From positions 53,940,001 through 54,004,000 of the forward strand of contig OZ024745.1 of assembly GCA_964016885.1 (NCBI GenBank): 64,000 bases of DNA, read 5' to 3'. The number at the start of each line of letters is the position of its first letter. The stretch's first letter is position 1. The notes beneath the pieces are model-generated. The model was not told the origin of the DNA and made no database searches. It saw only the letters and a program-made list of their open reading frames with translations. The translations under genes were made by a program, and so were the position numbers. Below, in pieces: positions 54,552 to 64,000 of this stretch. Origin of the DNA: Eledone cirrhosa (taxonomy: Eukaryota).

Positions 54552-54764
54552 GCACACACATATATACTATATATGGTGGGAGGACTCAAAAGATACAAAG
54601 AATGCACTTCAAAATAAAGAAATAAAAAATTCAGATACTTAAAAGTAATGTCAGTGTAACCTTGCAGATCAACTTGAAGAGAAATAAAAGCAAACGTAAA
54701 TTTGTCGTCAGGCTGAATAGAGACATGAATAAAAGAACCAAACATACTCACACACCTACACATA

Positions 54765-54865
54765 TATATATGTATATCATATAAATATATATATATGTAT
54801 ATCATATAAATATATATATATGTATATCATATAAATATATATATATGTATATCATATAAATATAT

Positions 54866-54918
<53 letters not shown>

Positions 54919-54964
54919 TATATATATATATATATAAATATATATATATAAATATATATATATT

Positions 54965-55029
<65 letters not shown>

Positions 55030-55030
55030 C

Positions 55031-55125
<95 letters not shown>

Positions 55126-55179
55126 ATATATATATATATATTTATATATATATATATATATAATATATATATATATATT

Positions 55180-55210
<31 letters not shown>

Positions 55211-55285
55211 ATTTGTATATATATTTATATATATTTGTATATATATTTATATATATTTATATATATATATTTATATATGTATATT

Positions 55286-55330
<45 letters not shown>

Positions 55331-55365
55331 TTATATATATATATTTATATATGTATATATTTATA

Positions 55366-55436
<71 letters not shown>

Positions 55437-55458
55437 TATATATATATATACATATATT

Positions 55459-55489
<31 letters not shown>

Positions 55490-55588
55490 ATTTATTTATA
55501 TATATATATTTATATATATTTATTTATATATATATATTTATTTATATATATATATTTATGTATATATATTTATTTATATATATATATT

Positions 55589-55619
<31 letters not shown>

Positions 55620-55630
55620 ATATATATTTA
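54765..55630. repeat. Long degenerate (TA)n tract
   Basis: Direct reading of the sequence. Confidence 0.95.
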
Positions 55631-55698
55631 TAGTGTGTCTAACCTAGCCCAGAAATAGCCGTCGAAACGCCTTGAGCTCTGCCGTCGGGTTCACACTT

Positions 55699-55752
<54 letters not shown>

Positions 55753-56938
55753 GTGTGTATATATATATTTCGAGCACATAAACTATTCTCTTTTATTTAA
55801 TTGCCTTAAAACTTTTAGTGATAATGTTTCAAAAATATATAAGCTGTATAGAATTGTGTTTTTCTTACAACATACCCTGATGCATTAAAGACATTCAAAC
55901 GACAAACGCACACAAAGACACACACACACACTCTCACCCCCACACCCCGCATATATATGTATACGTATCTTCTTTGTAGTCGTATATGTTGGATTCTCTT
56001 GTTCCGTCTTATCTTTCACATATACGTTTTTCACAGCTGTAATTAATTTTCAATTAGTTATTGGGAACTATTAGTGAAAAATACTTGTTTATACGAATTA
56101 AGAGGTGTCTTAAGCCGAAATAAGCTCTGTAAACCATTCTATCTAATGCACCCATTCACGCACACACATAGATACACACATTTATATATTCAAGTCTTTT
56201 AACTGACATTTAGTACCGACTATAATTATCTTTAAGGTGGCGAATTGGCACACTCGTTAAACGTCGGATACAATGCTTTGCAGTATTCGTTTCGGTTCTC
56301 TAATCTCTGAGTTCAAATCCTGCCGAGATCAACATTGTCTTTCATTCATTCAAGGTCGATAAAATAAGTACGAGTCTTGTACTGGGGACGAGTCTTCCTC
56401 TATATCTCTTTTTCACTTCCATTCTCTTACCTAACTATCATCAAGCATTGAGTACCATTAGGTTTAAAACGACTAAGACATACCTTATATCATGGCGTCA
56501 TCTCTAAAACTAAATTATGAACTATGAGATCAGTAAATGGCCGTGGAAAAAAGACATGCAGTATACTTCACAAGATACCTCTTAATTCGTCATTAACCAG
56601 TATTTTTCACTAATAGTTCTCAATAACTAATTGAAAATTAATTACAGCTGTGAAAAACGTATATGTGAAAGATAAGACGGAACAAGAAAATCCAACATAT
56701 ACGACTACAAAGAAGATACGTATATATATATATATATATATATATGCGGGGTGTGGGGGTGAGAGTGTGTGTGTGTGTCTTTGTGTGCGTTTGTCGTTTG
56801 AATGTCTTTAATACATCAGGGTATGTTGTAAGAAAAACACAATTCTATACAGCTTATATATTTTTTGAAACATTATCACTAAAGGTTTTAAGGCAATTAA
56901 ATAAAAGAGAATAGTTTATGTGCTCGAAATATATATAT

Positions 56939-57020
<82 letters not shown>

Positions 57021-57088
57021 AAGTGTGAACCCGACGGCAGAGCTCAAGCCGTTTCGACGGCTATTTCTGGGCTAGGTTAGACACACTA
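55631..57088. repeat. Large inverted repeat (arms 55631-56111 / 56572-57088) capped by a 74-bp GC-rich module; 460-bp spacer contains a SINE
   Basis: Arms are reverse complements (e.g. tttcgagcacataaactattctc vs gagaatagtttatgtgctcgaaa). The SINE is at about 56235-56390 on plus. Confidence 0.9.
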
Positions 57089-57095
57089 TAAATAT

Positions 57096-57132
<37 letters not shown>

Positions 57133-57187
57133 AATATATATATATAAATAAATATATATATATATAAATATATATATATAAATAAAT

Positions 57188-57222
<35 letters not shown>

Positions 57223-57226
57223 AAAT

Positions 57227-57339
<113 letters not shown>

Positions 57340-57361
57340 AATATATATAAATTTATATACA

Positions 57362-57614
<253 letters not shown>

Positions 57615-57627
57615 TAAATATATATAT

Positions 57628-57662
<35 letters not shown>

Positions 57663-57681
57663 AATATATATATATAAATAA

Positions 57682-57780
<99 letters not shown>

Positions 57781-58014
57781 TATATATATACAATTAAGTT
57801 AAAGATGTACATCCATATATGTATACTGAAATACTAGTATGTATATGAATACACACACGTATACATATGTAGATGTACCAAGTTTTTTTCACTGGTCACT
57901 TTACTGTGAGTGGCCAGCTATTCTGTATGTAAGCACACAGACAAACCGGTTTTTAGAGTCATACTGGTTTTTGAGGAAACACCTTTCCTCTATTCTCCAG
58001 AAAGCCAGACAAGG

Positions 58015-58059
58015 AATATTGAACTAGTTTCGTTGTTGTTACAACTCATCAGCAATATT
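58015..58059 (-). ncRNA. Minimal type I hammerhead ribozyme, copy 1
   Basis: AAUAUUG-CUGAUGA-GUUGU(AACA)ACAAC-GAAA-CUAG-UU-CAAUAUU. It has a perfect 7-bp stem I, a 5-bp stem II, an intact core and a palindromic AACUAGUU stem III. Predicted cut after GUU, between 58022 and 58021. Confidence 0.9.
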
Positions 58060-58482
58060 TACCTATCTTCCGGCCTCTCTAGAGAATCGTAAAAGCACAT
58101 ATCGTTATATGCTTTTTCTATGATAATTAGTAGTGGGCAGACTAATTTGCATAGAGTGTGAGTAAGTACCGGTTCAACGGAGACGATAAAAACAAATAAC
58201 GAAACGAAATTAAATTTCGTTTCGTTTGTAACTCACTTTTGTATGACTGACGCTTAAACAATTAAGTTAAAGATGTACATCCATATATGTATACTGAAAT
58301 ACTAGTATGTATATGAATACACACACGTATACATATGTAGATGTATCAAGTTTTTTTCACTGGTCACTTTACTGTGAGTGGCCAGCTATTCTGTATGTAA
58401 GCACACAGACAAACCGGTTTTTAGAGTCATACTGGTTTTTGAGGAAACACCTTTCCTCTATTCTCCAGAAAGCCAGACAAGG

Positions 58483-58527
58483 AATATTGAACTAGTTTCG
58501 TTGTTGTTACAACTCATCAGCAATATT
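58483..58527 (-). ncRNA. Minimal type I hammerhead ribozyme, copy 2
   Basis: Identical to 58015-58059, offset 468. Confidence 0.9.
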
Positions 58528-58950
58528 TACCTATCTTCCGGCCTCTCTAGAGAATCGTAAAAGCACATATCGTTATATGCTTTTTCTATGATAATTAGTA
58601 GTGGGCAGACTAATTTGCATAGAGTGTGAGTAAGTACCGGTTCAACGGAGACGATAAAAACAAATAACGAAACGAAATTAAATTTCGTTTCGTTTGTAAC
58701 TCACTTTTGTATGACTGACGCTTAAACAATTAAGTTAAAGATGTACATCCATATATGTATACTGAAATACTAGTATGTATATGAATACACACACGTATAC
58801 ATATGTAGATGTACCAAGTTTTTTTCACTGGTCACTTTACTGTGAGTGGCCAGCTATTCTGTATGTAAGCACACAGACAAACCGGTTTTTAGAGTCATAC
58901 TGGTTTTTGAGGAAACACCTTTCCTCTATTCTCCAGAAAGCCAGACAAGG

Positions 58951-58995
58951 AATATTGAACTAGTTTCGTTGTTGTTACAACTCATCAGCAATATT
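58951..58995 (-). ncRNA. Minimal type I hammerhead ribozyme, copy 3
   Basis: Identical to 58015-58059, offset 936. Confidence 0.9.
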
Positions 58996-59449
58996 TACCT
59001 ATCTTCCGGCCTTTCTAGAGAATCGTAAAAGCACATATCGTTATATGCTTTTTCTATGATAATTAGTAGTGGGCAGACTAATTTGCATAGAGTGTGAGTA
59101 AGTACCGGTTCAACGGAGACGATAAAAACAAATAACGAAACGAAATTAAATTTCGTTTCGTTTGTAACTCACTTTTGTATGACTGACGCTTAAACAATTA
59201 AGTTAAAGATGTACATCCATATATGTATACTGAAATACTAGTATGTATATGAATACACACACGTATACATATGTAGATGTACCAAGTTTTTTTCACTGGT
59301 CACTTTACTGTGAGTGGCCAGCTATTCTGTATGTAAGCACACAGACAAACCGGTTTTTAGAGTCATACTGGTTTTTGAGGAAACACCTTTCCTCTATTTT
59401 TCAAATAAATCTTTGAAGAATTAAATCACCGTGATAAACAATCTATCAA

Positions 59450-60300
59450 GGACCTTTGGTGAAGCCACCGTATCATAAAGGAAAACTTTAAGGTTTAGAG
59501 TAAAGTGATTGAAATCTGCATAGGATTTGGTGAAATGAAGCTATGGTGAAATGACTTCCATATAATGACTTCGAGGAATTTAGGGAAGAAATGGTATCTA
59601 TTGTCACCAATGACATTGTTGAGCTAGCCAATGAAGTGAGAATGTAAAATGTCAATGGGGAAGATTTGGAGAAGGTAATAGAGCTTCTTCTTCTTCTTCT
59701 TCTTCTTCTTCTTCTTCTTCTTCTTCTTCTTCTTCTTCTTCTTCTTCTTCTTCTTCTTCTTCTTCTTCTTCTTCTTCTTCTTCTTCTTCTTCTTCTTCTT
59801 CTTCTTCTTCTTCTTCTTCTTCTTCTTCTTCTTCTTCTTCTTCTTCTTCTCCAGCCACTTATTCCTGAGAGGGTCGTGGGGGAAGAGTCTTCAAACACTT
59901 CTTCCAGCGGGTCCTATCAGAAAAAAAACGTCTCCAACTGATCCGGCTGGACCCCAAAGCGAAACCAGCCAAGGTTATGGGTGTTATTGGGATAACAGAA
60001 TCTAATAGGGAAATTATATCTATTGAAGAGCTAGCTCAGTGACTCATCCAAAATGAGCCTGAAGATCTCACTTGAAAATCAATGGTACCAAAGAAAATCT
60101 TTAGTTTTGAATTCCTCAGTAACTGCATAGATTATAGAAATTATCAATAGTTCGCTGAGAATTTCTCGAACTAAGAGAGAACCAGCAAGACATAGAAAGG
60201 TTTTAGACATAAAATCATGCTACCAATATTCGCTTTGTGAAGGGACACTTCAAAGTATTCATACAATATTAAATGAATTCTTCGAAAAACAACTAATGTG
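59450..60300 (+). mobile_element. Decayed pogo/Tigger-like transposase C-terminus, interrupted by an RTE 3' end
   Basis: YNDFEEFREEMVSIVTNDIVELANEVRM*NVNGEDLEKVIE [insertion] SNREIISIEELAQ resembles the acidic DF.GF...EIV.LA...V...DV.ELL.SH...LT.EEL tail of Tigger transposases. Confidence 0.5.
59683..59985 (-). mobile_element. Short RTE 3' end with long (GAA)n tail
   Basis: Minus strand ggggtccagccggatcagttggagac...ccccacgaccctctcagg matches 41345-41440. (CTT)n at 59683-59850. Confidence 0.85.
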
Positions 60301-61245
60301 TGAGGAAGAAGGATAACTTGTCCCTTTTTTCTGATACAACCTCTTCTTTCTCACTTTTCAAATTCCAAGTTGATTAATTTAATCTGGTTCATAATTTTCT
60401 GATAACATTATATCTTAATTAATTAAAGTTGTTTTCTAATTTTATCCCAGCTGTAGACCACAATGTGTGACTTTACATTATGAGAGGTTATCAAAATTAT
60501 TAAATGCTTGCAGGATATCACAGTGAATTTTTGGTCTCATCGATTAGAATTTTTGGACTAATCGATTAGTCTATTTTAGTCTATTATCTGCATTTGTTTT
60601 GTAAATAGCTCGTTAAACTGGAATCTATATTTATGCCATATTATAATGACATTCTACAACGTTGTTCAGTTAAACACAGAAATTTTCAGAACGAATATAG
60701 AACATAATTGAGTTTTACTGACCACTGTACCCAGTGCATTCTTGTGGAACATTGGCCCTCTTGAATATCCTCCTTGCACACGAGTTTCCTGGAACGTAAA
60801 GGGCATCAATCCCATTGATCTCGAAGTGTCAGAAAATGCAATGGACACTGTTTCTGTCCCCAGAACTAGCTAAAACCCCCAAACACTTACAAAAGAACAA
60901 CTACAAGGACAAAATAAACAAGAAAACAAATAAGAATGAGTACAAGAAGAACAAGTATAAAAACACTTAAACAATTCAAAGCATTCGTTCTATAAAGAAT
61001 AGAAATGTTGTCTGCCAAATATCTTGTTCTATAAATTTCGTGGTTTGCAGCTTCGGAATAATGATAAGTCAAAGAGTGTCACCAGGATAATTGACAAAAT
61101 TAATGCAAACAATGCAGCGGTCTCGACAAAGAAAATAAACATTGTTTGTATCTTTCACAGATGAACAAAACAGTTTGCCAAATATGGTCAAAGCCTAATA
61201 CACACATTTAAACAAACTCACTCACACACATTCAAACACACACAC

Positions 61246-61276
<31 letters not shown>

Positions 61277-61434
61277 TACACGTGCACACACACGCACACA
61301 CACACACACACACACAGATATATATTATAATATAGATATATATGCTTACACAACGAATAAGAATGAAAGAAATAAGAATGAAAGAAGTCAAAGAAGTCAA
61401 TCAAAATAGATAAACGGGAAGTAATACCGAGAAG

Positions 61435-62090
<656 letters not shown>

Positions 62091-62590
62091 GAGGAAACGA
62101 GGGGGAAAAAGAGAGAGTGAATAACAATAAAATGGTCAAAAGGGTTATTATTTTATAGGAAACACACTAAATGTAAAAATGAAAAGCACGGCAAACACTT
62201 CTGTTTGGCGACCAGGGTCACTTTTAGCAACACCATCACAAGTACCAATACCTTCGCTAACACTACTTCGTTCACTACTACCGACACCACCACGACTATT
62301 ACAATAGCCACTCCAACACCAACTAGAACAATAACAACAATGACCAGCAACATCAACATTAAGCACAAGCGTCAACCATAATCGTGGCATCTAAGTTCAA
62401 AGGATAAACGCAGAAGTTTTCTCTAAAGAGTTTAATTTGTATGAAGACAGTGCAAATTACTTCTTATTTGAAGTTACTATTTGTAATATATATTAAAGAA
62501 AATCAAACGGAGTTTCAAGCGCAACAGACAAATTTTCTCTAATTGCAGGATTATTTGTCACTGGCCATCCTTAGATGACGGTCTAAAGGC

Positions 62591-62640
<50 letters not shown>

Positions 62641-62867
62641 CTGTGTATGTATATACGTGTGTATATACGTGTGTGTGTGTGTGTGTGTTTGTGTGTCTAT
62701 TTCAAGCACATAAATAAATTAAAGAATTTCTCGCCAAAATCGAATTGTATATTCTATAACAACCGGTATTGACGGCGATTATTTTGCTTCTCTTCGTTTG
62801 TGAAGACGAAAAATACATTAGTTTGAAAGTTAGCGGCGATGTCAAAGACTTATTGCTGTTGTTATTG

Positions 62868-62894
62868 TTGTCGTCGTCGTCGTCGTCGTCGTCG

Positions 62895-62971
<77 letters not shown>

Positions 62972-63051
62972 CTTCTTCTTCTTCTTCTTCTTCTTCTTCT
63001 TCTTCTTCTTCTTCTTCTTCTTCTTCTTCTTCTTCTTCTTCTTCTTCTTCT
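62868..63051. repeat. Compound (GTC)n-(GTT)n-(CTT)n microsatellite
   Basis: Direct reading of the sequence. Confidence 0.95.
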
Positions 63052-63199
63052 TTGTATATGTGTATATATATTATGAATTATCTGGGAGTGTTTGAAATTA
63101 GGAGATGTAAAAGACTCAAACACCCCAAAATAGGGGCAATAACAGTCGGTCACTGTTGAAGATAGATGGTAAATTACCTGAAGAGGAGGCAAAATGTGA

Positions 63200-63880
63200 G
63201 CAGATGTGAGTAGGAATGCCGTATCTCTCGAATACTGTATACTCATTTTTTTTAACCTTTGCTGTCTCACTGCCATGTAGCAATAATGCACACACGCAGG
63301 CATCATACAGTCGACGCTTCACTATGAGAGAGAAGTGTTTTTTTTTGTTAACAGGGTTATTATATACTAAATTTTTTCCAGCCCGTTCTTACCGTGGATA
63401 CAAACCTTTCAGAACACTCTCTCCAACTTCTGATTATGTTTCCCAGGTTACAAAAGCTGTCAATAACTTCTGGGGAGCCTCATTAACAATTGTGGGAATC
63501 TATTTCACCAGTGTTTTTAGAGATAACATCTATACACCTGTCGCATATGAAGTCTATCTCTTCCGTCAGTATGCCTATAATCCCACTACGACACTTGTAC
63601 GTCCATTAGTCACACTGTGTGCATCTTATGCAATTTCTGCCCACCCCATTTTGACATATCGAATAAGGCCACTTCGCTCAACAGTATTAGCTTCCTGTTC
63701 TCTTTCCAAGCAAAATGTTCTCTATTATGACTTTAGTCTTTGTTAAGTTTACTTTGCAACCTTTCGATTTAAAATTGTTCATTCCTTGTCTGGAATTTTG
63801 CCATTAACAGTTCCATATATTAGATATAAAGACTAGATCATGAGCATTCATGAGTTCTTCTCGAGTATCAGTCTTAAATC
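63200..63880 (-). mobile_element. Decayed RTE-type LINE RT C-terminal fragment
   Basis: KRRLYDACVCALLLHGSET...VKKNE...ER is the K.RLY..CV...LLYGSETW motif. Upstream remnants include a Cys-rich segment and a WKKF motif. Many frameshifts. Confidence 0.7.
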
Positions 63881-64000
63881 TCCTGTGTTATAGCCGGAAG
63901 GTTGATGATAAAAATGTGAATAAGGATTGATCTTTTCAAAATCATCACAGTACTCATTGCCAACTGTATACATAATGCACACACACACACACACACACAC

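Larger units (their letters stand above)
57790..59398 (-). mobile_element. 468-bp tandem array (3.4 units), hammerhead-bearing retrozyme-like element
   Basis: Units start at 57790, 58258, 58726 and 59194 and are almost identical. Each full unit has one hammerhead on minus. No credible ORF. Left end abuts (TA)n. Confidence 0.9.

Noticed and set aside
57839-59028. Repeated 60-62 aa ORFs in the 468-bp array
   Set aside because: They are short, have no recognisable motif and overlap each other. The conserved feature is the opposite-strand ribozyme.

Overview
This is repeat-dense, AT-rich animal DNA with no confidently identifiable host gene. The SINE family and microsatellite load suggest an octopus or other cephalopod (inference). 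Nearly all ORFs in the track are translations of microsatellites or of a 6.5-kb 21-bp minisatellite. Real coding remnants are all from transposons: a Penelope-like element (RT plus C-terminal GIY-YIG) in an inverted arrangement at 35.7-40.3 kb, an RT/RNase H LINE at 16.0-17.65 kb, several RTE/CRE/CR1-type LINE fragments, and Tigger-, Merlin-, hAT- and Helitron-like remnants. The most interesting signal is non-coding: several short elements carry type I hammerhead ribozyme motifs, most with a self-complementary stem III loop, and sit in or against (TA)n tracts. They include a near-perfect 468-bp tandem array with three intact minimal hammerheads (retrozyme-like, 57.8-59.4 kb). A diverged relative at 11.8-13.4 kb forms a ~490-bp palindrome whose apex falls at the predicted ribozyme cleavage site. 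Four more inverted pairs have hammerhead-like cores. Together these suggest a Penelope-mobilised ribozyme retroelement system that inserts by fold-back into microsatellites. All alignments and folds were done by eye, and family names need database confirmation.
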